From IMG/VR virus record IMGVR_UViG_3300042465_006787: 64,000 bases of DNA; one strand, written 5' to 3'. Source of the stretch: an uncultured virus (IMG/VR IMGVR_UViG_3300042465_006787) (taxonomy: Duplodnaviria; Heunggongvirae; Uroviricota; Caudoviricetes). The notes under the pieces are model-generated. The model ran no database searches. It was not told where the DNA came from and saw only the letters and a program-made list of their open reading frames with translations. Position numbers and translations under genes: made by a program. Position 1 is the stretch's first letter; each line of letters opens with the position of its first letter. Positions 36,798 through 46,914 of the stretch are shown here, in pieces.

Positions 36798-39548
36798 TTA
36801 ATACGAACCACCGTCAATTAAGTCGGAGAATACTAGTGCACCATTAGATACTTTGTAACCTAATAAACCATCAGTTACTTCTGTAACAACAGTTGTTGAA
36901 ACGTAACCAAGTACATTCGAACTGTTTTTGAAAACAATCGCAGATGTTTTAGTTCCATTATCGGTTCCACCTGAGTAAGATAATGTAACATTACCAGCTA
37001 TTAAAGTATTTCCGTTTGTTGATGTTACTTGGAATTTATTCGTATTATAACTTAATGTTGTTCCATCATCTGTTAATAAACTATCACCAATTGTGTTGGC
37101 ACCAGTCGCTTTAGGGATTGTACCACTAGTTAAACTTGTTTCAGAACCATAAGTTCCAGCAGTTGTACCAATCAATTTACTTGATTGACCACTAGCGGAA
37201 ACAAACATCCAATAATCATTTAATGAATCCCATACCAAAGATGCTGAAACACCAGAAGAACCCGAATCCATAACTTCAAATCCCGCATATCTTTCAAAAG
37301 GTGAATATGCGTTTAATCTAATTATATTATCATCTAATTCAATTGTTTGTGATTGAATGTGTACTTCTGTGGATGACCCTAATACTTCTAAGTTACCTGA
37401 AACATATAGGTTTGCTTGTAATTGTGTGTTACCTGTTACTGTTAGTACACCATTTATTGTGGTGTTACCATTAATTGTTTGTCCACCATTAACAGTTAAC
37501 GAACCTGATGTTCTAATATCACCATCATTTGTATCAACTTCAAATTGGCCATTTCCAATTTTGAAAAGAGTGCCATTATATGTAAATCCTGAACTGTCAA
37601 TTAATGAACCGCCCGCACCTACTGTAACAATTCTATCCTGTGTTAAATCTTCAACTGTTGCAGATGATAAAGTTGCTTCACCATCAACATTAATTGTGGA
37701 TTTAAATTGAGCTGAACCAGTTACATCCAAACTTGAGTTCATACCTACAGCACCTTTAAGTTGTGATGTTGAATCAACCTGTAATGTTGATTTTAAAATT
37801 GCTGAACCTGTTACATCCAAAGTTGAGTTAAGTCCTGTTGCCCCTTGAACTTCTAATGTTGATTTTAAAATTGCTGAACCTGTAACATCCAAAGTTGAGT
37901 TAAGTCCTGCCGCTCCTTTAACTTCTAATGTTGAATTTAAAGTTGTTGAACCTGTAACATTTAATGATGAACTAATAAACACACCGTTTACACCAACAAT
38001 TGTTGCTGTTTGTGCGCCATCATTAATTAATAAATAATTGGTATCATCACCAAAGAAACTTAAACCATTATTAGATTTAATGTGTACATCACTCGCCGCG
38101 GTATTATAAATTTCAAAATATCTTCCGTCGATTTGATCGGGTTGTAAATAAAGTGAACCAGTACCTAAAATTTTGTCAGTGAACACTGAACCTGTTACTT
38201 GTAATGAAGAACTAACAATTACACCATTTACACCAACAAGTGTTGCTGTTTGTGCATAATCATCTATTTTTAAATAATTTGTATCATCACCGAAGAAATT
38301 TAAATCTGCATTACCCACAAGATGAATATCTGTATAACCTGAAGGTCCTGCACTATTATAAATTTCAAATAATCTAGAGTCATTTAAATCGGGTTTCAAA
38401 TATAATGAACCTGTACCTTGAATGTTTGTAACCTCAAGAGCTCCAGATAAATTTAAATTACCATTATCGAAAGTTAAACCACTATAATCAGTTAATAAAC
38501 CATCAGCACCCACAACAACCATTCTCTTTTCAGTCAATTGATCATTATATAATGAACCACTAATAACGGTTACGTCACCACCATTACCTAAATAAGTGCT
38601 ACCACTTACAACTAAGTCAGTTAAGATTCCTAAGTTATTAAAATTAACTTGTTGTGCTTCTAAAGTATTGACATATGCAGTTCCACTTACGTGTAAATTT
38701 CTCCAGTTTTTATTCGTTGAACCTAAATCAAACGAATTATCCACAATTGGTATAATTGAAGAACTAACTTCACCACCAAATTGGATAATATCTGTTGTTT
38801 GATCACCAATTGTAATGTTACCACCTAAAACGATGTTACCCGTTAAATCTATTGATCCTGTTTGGATGGTATTACCGCTAATTAAAAGATCACCATTTAA
38901 ATTAGTTGTACCTGTAACTGTTAAAGTTCCACCAGTTATATTTGTAACAAATGCGTTACTACCAGTAAGTGATGTTATATTACCATTTGTACTTGTAAGT
39001 GTAGTTCCAGTAATATTTGAAATATTAGCGTTACTACCTGTAAGTGATGTAATATTAGAATTAAAACTAGTAAATGTGTTTCCTGTTAGGTTTGTGTAAT
39101 TGGCGTTACTACCAGTAAGTGATGTAATATTAGCGTTAGTACTAGTAAACGTGTTTCCCGTTAGGTTTGTGTAATTGGCGTTACTACCAGTTAAATTGTT
39201 AATTGTTACACCAGAAATTAAATTTCCTTCGATGTTACCTGTTAAATCTAATCTACTATTACCGTCTTTACTTAATACGTACAATGATTCATTTCCTGAC
39301 GCATAAAATGGTGTTCCATCAAGTACCGAACCATGTGAACCAACAGTTAATGTTGGGGCGGCTGAACCCTGATAAATTTTTGAAGTTGGGCGGTAAGCAC
39401 CTGCTGCGCCTTCTGTTTCACCTACAAATAGGAAAGGTCCGTTTAAGTCACCGATTGATCCGGTGGCCATAACCAGTTCACCTATTCTAGCTGTAACATC
39501 TTTCAGTTGTGTGACGCTACCCCTTCTGTGTTTAATTATTTGTGCCAT
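36798..39548 (-). CDS. Long tail fibre-like virion protein with internal repeats
   Basis: MAQIIKHRRG...GEL N-terminus; 25-aa and 24-aa tandem repeats; duplicated ~60-aa GTGSLYL.PD...FFGDDTNYL module; C-terminal IDGGSY. Confidence 0.75.
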   Translation of the reverse strand: MAQIIKHRRGSVTQLKDVTARIGELVMATGSIGDLNGPFLFVGETEGAAGAYRPTSKIYQGSAAPTLTVGSHGSVLDGTPFYASGNESLYVLSKDGNSRLDLTGNIEGNLISGVTINNLTGSNANYTNLTGNTFTSTNANITSLTGSNANYTNLTGNTFTSFNSNITSLTGSNANISNITGTTLTSTNGNITSLTGSNAFVTNITGGTLTVTGTTNLNGDLLISGNTIQTGSIDLTGNIVLGGNITIGDQTTDIIQFGGEVSSSIIPIVDNSFDLGSTNKNWRNLHVSGTAYVNTLEAQQVNFNNLGILTDLVVSGSTYLGNGGDVTVISGSLYNDQLTEKRMVVVGADGLLTDYSGLTFDNGNLNLSGALEVTNIQGTGSLYLKPDLNDSRLFEIYNSAGPSGYTDIHLVGNADLNFFGDDTNYLKIDDYAQTATLVGVNGVIVSSSLQVTGSVFTDKILGTGSLYLQPDQIDGRYFEIYNTAASDVHIKSNNGLSFFGDDTNYLLINDGAQTATIVGVNGVFISSSLNVTGSTTLNSTLEVKGAAGLNSTLDVTGSAILKSTLEVQGATGLNSTLDVTGSAILKSTLQVDSTSQLKGAVGMNSSLDVTGSAQFKSTINVDGEATLSSATVEDLTQDRIVTVGAGGSLIDSSGFTYNGTLFKIGNGQFEVDTNDGDIRTSGSLTVNGGQTINGNTTINGVLTVTGNTQLQANLYVSGNLEVLGSSTEVHIQSQTIELDDNIIRLNAYSPFERYAGFEVMDSGSSGVSASLVWDSLNDYWMFVSASGQSSKLIGTTAGTYGSETSLTSGTIPKATGANTIGDSLLTDDGTTLSYNTNKFQVTSTNGNTLIAGNVTLSYSGGTDNGTKTSAIVFKNSSNVLGYVSTTVVTEVTDGLLGYKVSNGALVFSDLIDGGSY
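37711..37962 (-). repeat. 72-90-nt coding tandem repeats (STLEV.GA.GLNSTLDVTGSAILK)
   Basis: gctgaacc.gt.acatccaa recurs at 37711, 37801 and 37873, with a degenerate copy at 37945. Confidence 0.8.
38930..39200 (-). repeat. 75-nt coding tandem repeats (NANYTNLTGNTFTSTNANITSLTGS)
   Basis: gttactacc.gt recurs at about 38955, 39030, 39105 and 39180. Confidence 0.8.
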
Positions 39549-39589
39549 TTTTTAATTTTAGTTGTTTTATATAAATACTTTATTTTTAA

Positions 39590-40381
39590 TTAGAAAAATC
39601 CATCACCACAATCAAAAATTGCAAACTGATTAGCGTCAGCTAACCTACCTAGTCCTTGTATTGCTAATGATGCGGAAATAACTTGTGAATTTATTTGATT
39701 TTTAACGATATTCATTGCCCCAGATACAATTAAAGATTCTCTATTAGGATCAGTGGTTTGAATTAACGTAGTTGTACCCTCAACTCTTAAATTACCCTTA
39801 ATTGTTAACGAACCAGTTAATTCTAAATCGTTTGTTGTTGCATAAAATGAGCCAGTTGGTCTCCAAATACCGCTTTCATTGATTGCTATTGCAACTGAAC
39901 TAGAAAAAGCGTCATAATCACCTTGTAATATTATCGCTTCCTCAAACCCTTCAGGGCCTGCAATCCATTGGTCATTTACAGTGTCCCATAATAATGAACC
40001 TGAGATAGTATTTGGCGCAGTTGGGTCTTTTATCAATAAACCACCAAAAGTAGCTGCTGAACCATTTAATTCAATGATGTTATCACCTATACTAACAGTG
40101 TTTGACTGTATCGCTGTAGTTGTACCTTTAACCAATAAGTCACCCTTGATTGTGACATTTGAACCAGTAAGTTCAATAGCACTTTTTAATGATGCTGTAT
40201 ATAAATTTAATTCGTCAGTTCCTGATCCAGCAATGACTTCGGCTAACGTTTGCCCTGAAATATATAAATTATCTGCGTAAACCGCATGCAATGCTCCGGA
40301 GATAGCCCCCAAATCAACAATCGACCCCGATGGGACGTTTGCTGTATCAATTTGTAACCAATTTATCTGTTGTAAAGCCAT
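39590..40381 (-). CDS. Virion/fibre-related protein
   Basis: Shares the DNIIELN...GGL...SLLWD...W module with the GSS and 916-aa fibres. Confidence 0.65.
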   Translation of the reverse strand: MALQQINWLQIDTANVPSGSIVDLGAISGALHAVYADNLYISGQTLAEVIAGSGTDELNLYTASLKSAIELTGSNVTIKGDLLVKGTTTAIQSNTVSIGDNIIELNGSAATFGGLLIKDPTAPNTISGSLLWDTVNDQWIAGPEGFEEAIILQGDYDAFSSSVAIAINESGIWRPTGSFYATTNDLELTGSLTIKGNLRVEGTTTLIQTTDPNRESLIVSGAMNIVKNQINSQVISASLAIQGLGRLADANQFAIFDCGDGFF

Positions 40382-40429
40382 TTATGTCTAGGTACTTTAA
40401 CATAAATACTTTTATTATGTTTCTTGACA

Positions 40430-40457
40430 TAAAAAAAGGGGATTTTTCATCCCCTTT
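40430..40457 (-). terminator. Intrinsic terminator after glutaredoxin
   Basis: AAAGGGGAT / ATCCCCTTT stem plus T-run. Confidence 0.8.
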
Positions 40458-40469
40458 ATTAAAATAATC

Positions 40470-40742
40470 TTAATTAATGTATTTTAGTATCTTTTCTAGT
40501 AGTTCTTCTTTGCTCTGATAATCTCTCCCAGGAACAAAAATTGGTCCGGCACCTGTTTCAGGATTTTGTAAATATGTTGTTGGTAATGAGTTTTTACCAG
40601 TTAATTTAACAATCTCATCAAAAGTTGATTTATGTTGTGAAATTTCAAGTTCGTTAAATGTGATATTATTTTCCTTTAACATTTTTTTTAATTCAACGCA
40701 GTGACTACACCCATTTAATGTAAAAATATTAACTGTATACAT
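40470..40742 (-). CDS. Glutaredoxin-like protein
   Basis: IFTLNGCSHC, TGKNSLP. Confidence 0.8.
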   Translation of the reverse strand: MYTVNIFTLNGCSHCVELKKMLKENNITFNELEISQHKSTFDEIVKLTGKNSLPTTYLQNPETGAGPIFVPGRDYQSKEELLEKILKYIN

Positions 40743-40744
40743 AA

Positions 40745-41050
40745 TTAAAGTTTTTCCAAATGTTCTATATAAAACTTATCTGGATTTGCCCCAGCAGATT
40801 GATTGATTAACGTTTCACCATCATAAATCTTAACTGTTGGGACAGACCTAATACCGCTCTCCGCCATATACGATTGATTTTGGTCAACATCTATTTTAAC
40901 AAATTGAATATGTGAAAATTCTTGTTCTAATATTTCTAATCTAGGCATTAACGACTTGCAGGGCCCACACCATTCAGCGTAAAAGTCCACTAGTAATTTT
41001 TCGCCGTTATTTAATTTTGTTTTTAATTGTTCTGCTGTTATTAATTTCAT
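40745..41050 (-). CDS. trxA: Thioredoxin
   Basis: VDFYAEWCGPCK, KIDVD, GIRSVPT. Confidence 0.9.
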   Translation of the reverse strand: MKLITAEQLKTKLNNGEKLLVDFYAEWCGPCKSLMPRLEILEQEFSHIQFVKIDVDQNQSYMAESGIRSVPTVKIYDGETLINQSAGANPDKFYIEHLEKL

Positions 41051-42115
41051 TTAAAATCCTATTTTACTTGTATTTTTATTTGTTGATTTGATAAGTTCGA
41101 TGTCTATATTATATATATCCGCAAGTGTCATTGCTTCTTCTGAAACAATATCTTTTTTTAGATGCTTTAATAAATTGTTTGTATCCTCAATTGCTAGTTT
41201 CTCAAATTTATGTTCAGCAATTAATCTACCTTTTCTTAGTAATGCTTGGTCAATACGTTCTCTTTTCATGTTAAACGTTGCAATTATTTGAATGTTCAAA
41301 CAATCACCCAAAATACCGTCTGTTATGTTTAAAACATTAGACACACCGGCCGGAGAACCATTACCCTCTCTATCTGAGATTACGCGTTCAGCATCTTCAA
41401 TTACTAAAATACTGTCACGATGTTCCATTAAGAATGGTATGATTGATGGTTCAGACAACGCTTCAGCTAATGATGGCGGAATAAATAAAATATCCTTTTC
41501 GGTTATTAACTTAGTAATGTATTTTAGATAAGATGTTTTACCAGTACCTGGTTCACCATGTAATAAAATAATACCCTTCCCTCTTGGTTTATTTAGCTTT
41601 TCAATAATAACATCGTGAACCTTTAAGAAATCTTTACCGTAGTTTAATCCCAAATCAATATCTGGTATTGGTAAATCATAATCTTGCGTTTCTAAATGTC
41701 CCATCTCACTTTTAACCAACGAAATGTTTGCTTTAATTTTTTTCTTTTCGTATTTTTTCAAATCTAAAAAAGAGAATTGCTCATCCCTTTTACCCTTTTT
41801 AATGTTGTAGAAAAACTCTATTTGGTATAAGTCAGGATCTTTTTCTGAACAGCTAGAAATCTTAATCATAATCTCTTTTTCCTTGTGTACTAAAAGATTA
41901 TCATTATAGGTGTCATGTCTACGATTTCTAACATTACGACATTCAATTTCAAAACCATTCTCCGTAAAGTGCGTAAAAACAAATGGGTTATAATATTCTT
42001 TACCCGTCTCTTTTGAGACCACAGAATCAAAATAAAGTAAAAATAATTGTTCTGATGGGATATCCGTACCATACGTTGTATCGTACATTTTTAGTTCTAC
42101 TGGAAATTTTCTCAT
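41051..42115 (-). CDS. AAA+ ATPase
   Basis: GEPGTGKT Walker A, LVIEDAE Walker B, LLRKGRL. Confidence 0.85.
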   Translation of the reverse strand: MRKFPVELKMYDTTYGTDIPSEQLFLLYFDSVVSKETGKEYYNPFVFTHFTENGFEIECRNVRNRRHDTYNDNLLVHKEKEIMIKISSCSEKDPDLYQIEFFYNIKKGKRDEQFSFLDLKKYEKKKIKANISLVKSEMGHLETQDYDLPIPDIDLGLNYGKDFLKVHDVIIEKLNKPRGKGIILLHGEPGTGKTSYLKYITKLITEKDILFIPPSLAEALSEPSIIPFLMEHRDSILVIEDAERVISDREGNGSPAGVSNVLNITDGILGDCLNIQIIATFNMKRERIDQALLRKGRLIAEHKFEKLAIEDTNNLLKHLKKDIVSEEAMTLADIYNIDIELIKSTNKNTSKIGF

Positions 42116-42151
42116 AAATTAAAGATACGGAAAAAAAGTGAAAAGTGAAAC

Positions 42152-42445
42152 CTAATTCAATGAAGTTGGTGGATAATCGTTAAAAATAAAATAGATACCT
42201 TCTTGTCTATACTTTGGTCTTTCTTCAACGGTTTCTAACACAACATTTAAACGCAAGGATTCCATTTGCTCTTTTGTCAATTCTGGTTCTCCGTTCTTTT
42301 TAAAGTTTTTTTCTGAAATGTTTGATAGTTGGGTGAAAAATTTATCTTCATTACCATTAACAATGAAATAGTTTCTAGCATCTTCATTTATTTTAAGGAA
42401 ATGTTTAATGCGTTCTACGTATATTAAAACTTCTGGGTTACTCAT
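42152..42445 (-). CDS. Hypothetical protein
   Basis: Co-oriented ORF overlapping the nusG stop. Confidence 0.6.
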   Translation of the reverse strand: MSNPEVLIYVERIKHFLKINEDARNYFIVNGNEDKFFTQLSNISEKNFKKNGEPELTKEQMESLRLNVVLETVEERPKYRQEGIYFIFNDYPPTSLN

Positions 42446-42966
42446 ATCTTTTTAATATTTTGAATGTCTATTGTTACAGGTGTTAAGCGACCAAAAATTT
42501 TAACTTGCAATTCCACTTTGTCACCTTTAATTTCTATAATGGTACCGTTGAATGAAGCAAATGGTCCGTCTGTTAATACAACATCCTCACCTGCTACAAA
42601 GGTAATTGATTTTACATACTTATGTTCATTTAACATCTCATCTTTAATAATTTTACCAATATCGTGTCTACCCATCAATCTAGGTTTCTTATCCCCTAAC
42701 ATAGACATAACAAAAGGATGGCTTGAGATTTCTTTTAATTCATTATCGTTTAATTCTCTTGGTGTTTCAAAATAAAGATATCCGCTATACAATATTTTAT
42801 CCCTTAAAACCTTCTTTTTTCTTAATACAACAAACTCCTTTTCCATTGGGCATATGAATCTATTTACGTAACCCATTCTATCTAATGCGATTAACGTATT
42901 AAAATTTTCATTCATTTGTCTTTCTTTTCCTGGTGTTACTTTTAACACATACCATTTGTTTTCCAT
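42442..42966 (-). CDS. nusG: NusG-family transcription elongation/antitermination factor
   Basis: WYVLKV..GKE, YSGYLY, KOW GEDVVLTDGPFASFNG, KIFGRLTPV. Confidence 0.9.
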   Translation of the reverse strand: MENKWYVLKVTPGKERQMNENFNTLIALDRMGYVNRFICPMEKEFVVLRKKKVLRDKILYSGYLYFETPRELNDNELKEISSHPFVMSMLGDKKPRLMGRHDIGKIIKDEMLNEHKYVKSITFVAGEDVVLTDGPFASFNGTIIEIKGDKVELQVKIFGRLTPVTIDIQNIKKI

Positions 42967-43066
42967 TCTAATAAATATTTTTAATTAGATTATTAAATAT
43001 ATTACAAAAAAAACAAAAAAAGAAATATTGGGTTGAAATATATATAATAAACCACTATATTACCTT

Positions 43067-43216
43067 ATGTCATGTACAAGTTGTAAAAAGAAAGAATTAA
43101 AAAGACAGTTTGATGAGGTTAGCGAATATACCACAAAATCAGCTATTTGGTTCCTCGTTATCTGGTCAGCATTTGCTGTTTATGGGATTTATTCTTTAAT
43201 TACCAAATTCATATGA
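43067..43216 (+). CDS. 49-aa CxxC + transmembrane peptide (not in ORF track)
   Basis: MSCTSCKKK...AIWFLVIWSAFAVYGIYSLITKFI; TGA overlaps the next ATG. Confidence 0.65.
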   Translation: MSCTSCKKKELKRQFDEVSEYTTKSAIWFLVIWSAFAVYGIYSLITKFI

Positions 43217-43860
43217 AGCAGAATTTTAAGTATTTCATAATCTTATATCTAAATGGTGTAAAGAAGAAAGTTCTACATAAGTGTGCAAAACGTAGCACTA
43301 TTATGGACTACTGGTCAGAGTATAAAACGCAAAGAAAACCAACATACTGTGCTGAAATTAGAGGTAGAAAGCGTACTAAGTTAAATTTTGAATTGTTCCT
43401 AGTTTACCCCATCAATAGATGGTCAACTACTGATAAAGCATATAAAAAAGACGAACTAGGTAGAAATATCGAGGTGTCCTTGGATGATCCTAAGTTTAGG
43501 GTTAAAGAAATAATACCTTGGTGGGAAGAAGAACGTATCTATGATTTTGAACAAAAAAAACACATCCGTTATCACGAAATGATGTTCAAACTTAATAGGA
43601 TTGAGGAGATTTGTCAGATATTCACATTGAACAATAAAATATTCGTTCAAATAGAAAATGATGTCAAAGTGTTTGGCAACAAAAATCTACATGATACTGA
43701 TAGATTATTTGAATTAGTAAAAAATGATTTACATAAGAAGAAAAGAAGGAACTTTCTTTTCATTAAAGATATCACAACCTATCAAAGAAAACTACTCTAT
43801 GATTTTTTAATCACGAAGGGTTTTAGTAGGCATGAATTGTTTAGGCATTATTCATATTAA
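43213..43860 (+). CDS. Hypothetical basic protein
   Basis: Start moved to ATG 43213 (ATGA coupling). Confidence 0.65.
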   Translation: MKQNFKYFIILYLNGVKKKVLHKCAKRSTIMDYWSEYKTQRKPTYCAEIRGRKRTKLNFELFLVYPINRWSTTDKAYKKDELGRNIEVSLDDPKFRVKEIIPWWEEERIYDFEQKKHIRYHEMMFKLNRIEEICQIFTLNNKIFVQIENDVKVFGNKNLHDTDRLFELVKNDLHKKKRRNFLFIKDITTYQRKLLYDFLITKGFSRHELFRHYSY

Positions 43861-44074
43861 ATAATATGTTAACCTCGCCTATTTGAATATTAAAAGTGTC
43901 TTTTGGCATACCGCCGCTCATTTTAGTTTTACGAGTAACTAAAGTATAAACTTTTTCAAACTCTGCTCTGTTTAATTCAAAAACAATTGTACTTGAAACA
44001 CTAACCAAGTTACACCTTTCAACTAAATCAGATATTATCGCTAATTGATTAAATAAGTCACCCTTTTTTTCCAT
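43841..44074 (-). CDS. Hypothetical protein
   Basis: ORF track; overlapping gene string. Confidence 0.55.
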   Translation of the reverse strand: MEKKGDLFNQLAIISDLVERCNLVSVSSTIVFELNRAEFEKVYTLVTRKTKMSGGMPKDTFNIQIGEVNILFNMNNA

Positions 44075-44261
44075 ATCCGAAAATCATTAATATCTTATCT
44101 AATATAGATATCTTTTTCTTTGGTTTAGGTTGAAAGAATTTTGATTTATCTATTTTTTTTATTTCTTCTATTACTTTTTGCTTATGCAAATCAATCTCCG
44201 TCTGGTCCTTCCCCATCTCCCGATTCAACCAGTCCAGCCCCTGTTTTATCCGTTTCTCCAT
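44058..44261 (-). CDS. Hypothetical protein
   Basis: ORF track; overlapping gene string. Confidence 0.55.
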   Translation of the reverse strand: MEKRIKQGLDWLNREMGKDQTEIDLHKQKVIEEIKKIDKSKFFQPKPKKKISILDKILMIFGYGKKG

Positions 44262-44673
44262 CTTCTTTTTGAATATTAATTCCTTTTAATTTATCTAATG
44301 GTTCGCTTTTAAATTGATCCTGTAATTCTCTAATCTTGTTTTGATATTCTTCTTGCAATTGCCTTTGCTTATCCTTAAATAATATTTCCTTTTCTTCTAA
44401 TTCAAGATTGTATTTAATTATTTCTATGGCACATGACCTTGCAGTATTATACCCCTCTTGTGTTGCTAATGCAATTAATGAAACTAATTGGTATTTGTCG
44501 TTCTTGTCTTGAACTTTATACCCCATTGATTTATATTGCGACACAACTTCTTGGATATGTTCTATCCTCCAGTTTGTTGGTATTCTTAGGTCTAAGCTGA
44601 CATTCTTTTCAATCTCTCGCAATGAAAAGAAATATGGTCGTAAATCTGATATTAGTTCGTACACGTTATACAA
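44191..44673 (-). CDS. Hypothetical coiled-coil protein (start may be GTG 44664)
   Basis: ORF track. Confidence 0.6.
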   Translation of the reverse strand: MYNVYELISDLRPYFFSLREIEKNVSLDLRIPTNWRIEHIQEVVSQYKSMGYKVQDKNDKYQLVSLIALATQEGYNTARSCAIEIIKYNLELEEKEILFKDKQRQLQEEYQNKIRELQDQFKSEPLDKLKGINIQKEDGETDKTGAGLVESGDGEGPDGD

Positions 44674-44845
44674 TAATAAATGTTATCACATATGAAATTG
44701 CTAAATAAATGAACACTTGATTCACTTTAGCAATCTCTATGGGTTTAGGATTTTCATCTCTTAATTTAAGAAGAAACTCAATAGCAAACCTTAATAGGTA
44801 CACTAAACTGAGTACCAATAAAAATGTTTCGATTTGTTTAATCAT
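44666..44845 (-). CDS. 59-aa two-TM membrane protein (not in ORF track)
   Basis: MIKQIETFLLVLSLVYLLRFAIEF...VFIYLAISYVITFIIV. Confidence 0.65.
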   Translation of the reverse strand: MIKQIETFLLVLSLVYLLRFAIEFLLKLRDENPKPIEIAKVNQVFIYLAISYVITFIIV

Positions 44846-45017
44846 GTTTTTTAATTTCTTCTAGAACATCTTTTCTGTATACACCTAATAGCGCTTTAAT
44901 TTCTTGTGCATGTTTTCTTGCCCTAATAGATGCACTTCTATTTCCCTTTTCAAACACTTTTTGGGTATCAACAGACATCTTTTCGACAAGCTCTTTGATT
45001 TTCTTTAAAGTTTCCAT
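44838..45017 (-). CDS. Histone H1-like Hc1-family nucleoid protein, 59 aa (not in ORF track)
   Basis: METLKKIKELVEKMSVDTQKVFEKGNRSASIRARKHAQEIKALLGVYRKDVLEEIKKHD; KGN.SA..RARK signature. Confidence 0.75.
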   Translation of the reverse strand: METLKKIKELVEKMSVDTQKVFEKGNRSASIRARKHAQEIKALLGVYRKDVLEEIKKHD

Positions 45018-45083
45018 AGTAATTATTTTGAACTAATGTACATAAAAAAACCCGGTTTAACAAGTCAATATCGAGGTTTTTTT

Positions 45084-45539
45084 TTACTTTTTGATATTTG
45101 ACTCGAATACCTTGTATATTTCAGTTAGGATATCTAACTCAGATCTGGTTTTTTTGTAATTGAATGTGAATAACTTATAAAAATAATCTTTGATTCGATT
45201 GTTCTTACCTTCAACCTCATTTATATAGAATGCTTCGTGGAAAAAAGCCCAAAAATAGTCATAGTGGGCACCACTTTCTTTAAAATGAATGTTCTCTTTC
45301 TCGAAATTAGACAGGGTTTTTCTCCAGCACCAATCGAAATGCCCCTTTTGATCCTTGTCTTCATTTAGAACATCAGGACCCAAGTAGGTTTCTTCGATAA
45401 TAGTGTGTAAAGTTGTGATTAAATCGTGAAACAATTCAACCTTTTCGCGTATAATATTATAAGCGCGATACCAAACCTCCACTTGATTTTTGTAGTTTTC
45501 CGAGGAGATAAATTCTAAATACCCTTCCTGTTTTCTCAT
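45084..45539 (-). CDS. Hypothetical protein
   Basis: Start moved to ATG 45539, 3 nt after TATATTTG. Confidence 0.6.
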   Translation of the reverse strand: MRKQEGYLEFISSENYKNQVEVWYRAYNIIREKVELFHDLITTLHTIIEETYLGPDVLNEDKDQKGHFDWCWRKTLSNFEKENIHFKESGAHYDYFWAFFHEAFYINEVEGKNNRIKDYFYKLFTFNYKKTRSELDILTEIYKVFESNIKK

Positions 45540-45587
45540 ACCCAAATATATTAAAATATGCGGATAAAAGGAAAATTTAAAAGGTTA

Positions 45588-46913
45588 TTATTGAGTTTTT
45601 TTATTGTACTGAACCATATCCTTCATTCTTTTGATTTCCTCATTAAGAACTGATTTGGTTTTTAAAGATTCATTAACCGACGATGTTTCTTTCGATGGTT
45701 GAATATCTTTTTTGTACAATGGCATCTTTTTAACGTTTTCTTTTTTTCTTTCTACCGCTTTCGCTATTTTTTTACCTAAATCACTTTTGATTACATTAGC
45801 AACGTCACCATCTTGTGCGTTTCCAGTTGTTTTGTCACCTTCTAATGCTTTCTTTAATCTATCTTTAAATTGATCTGATGGCTCACTATCATATTTTAAA
45901 TCTAACATAGATCCACCTCTCCAATCTTGAACATATTCATCTTCATCTTCTGAATTTGTTCTAGCTGCTTTTTCTTTTTCTTTACCTATTTGATTAGGGA
46001 AATCTGGATTATTATTATTCTCAAAATTTAATGACTTTTTGATTTTATCTCCAGTTTCTTTGTTTGCATCAGTATTAATTTTACCACTTTTACTTTTCAT
46101 ATCAGTAGCTATTCTTAAACCTGGAACAGATTCTTTTACTATTTTATTAATGAAGTCAACTAATTCACTTTCAGTTAATTTAACCTTTCTTTTCTTGCTT
46201 TCATTCATTGCACCACCACACTCATTGCACACACCTTCGTACATTTGAGAACCGCACTCAGAGCACATTTGAGCATCATCTTCTGATACTTCACCTTCTT
46301 CTGATTTTGGTTCAAATTTTAATTTATTGAATGAATATTTGTCTTCAGAGTCGCCCATTGATTCATTATGTTCTTCAGGTGTTTTATCTTTTGAAGTTTT
46401 AGCATTTATGTTCTTTAAAAACTTATATTTTGAAGTATCTATTGCCATATCAAATTTTTTGCTGTGTTCAGAGTCATCGCCTTCTTTCATATTTGAACCA
46501 CATTCCATACACTCATCTTCTTCCATTTGTTTGGACCAGCATTCTTCAACATCATATTCTTTACCATCTACTGTGAATGATTCTTCACCAGCATCTTTAG
46601 CTGCTTTAAGAGCTCCTGTGAACTCATTTCCTTCCATTGGTTGTTTTTCTGTTTCCATGTTTTCTAAATTTTCACCCATTTCGTCTAATTCGTCAATGGA
46701 TGGTTTTGGTTCTTTTTCGATGATGAATTCTTTACCTGATTTTTGGTAGCTATCTAATTTTTCGTCTGCTTCTTCTTGAGTTGCACACATTTCAATAGGT
46801 TCACCTTCTTTATTTTTTATTATATATACTTCGTCAGCACTTTCTAATATTGCTTTTTTAACCTCTTTAGCAAGGGTATTTTCTATTAGCTGTTTTAATT
46901 CGTTAACTTTCAT
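45588..46913 (-). CDS. Acidic putative head/internal protein with CxxC ribbons
   Basis: CMECG, CSECG..CNECG; many hydrophobic-x-E motifs; TATTTAT upstream. Confidence 0.55.
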   Translation of the reverse strand: MKVNELKQLIENTLAKEVKKAILESADEVYIIKNKEGEPIEMCATQEEADEKLDSYQKSGKEFIIEKEPKPSIDELDEMGENLENMETEKQPMEGNEFTGALKAAKDAGEESFTVDGKEYDVEECWSKQMEEDECMECGSNMKEGDDSEHSKKFDMAIDTSKYKFLKNINAKTSKDKTPEEHNESMGDSEDKYSFNKLKFEPKSEEGEVSEDDAQMCSECGSQMYEGVCNECGGAMNESKKRKVKLTESELVDFINKIVKESVPGLRIATDMKSKSGKINTDANKETGDKIKKSLNFENNNNPDFPNQIGKEKEKAARTNSEDEDEYVQDWRGGSMLDLKYDSEPSDQFKDRLKKALEGDKTTGNAQDGDVANVIKSDLGKKIAKAVERKKENVKKMPLYKKDIQPSKETSSVNESLKTKSVLNEEIKRMKDMVQYNKKTQ

Positions 46914-46914
46914 A

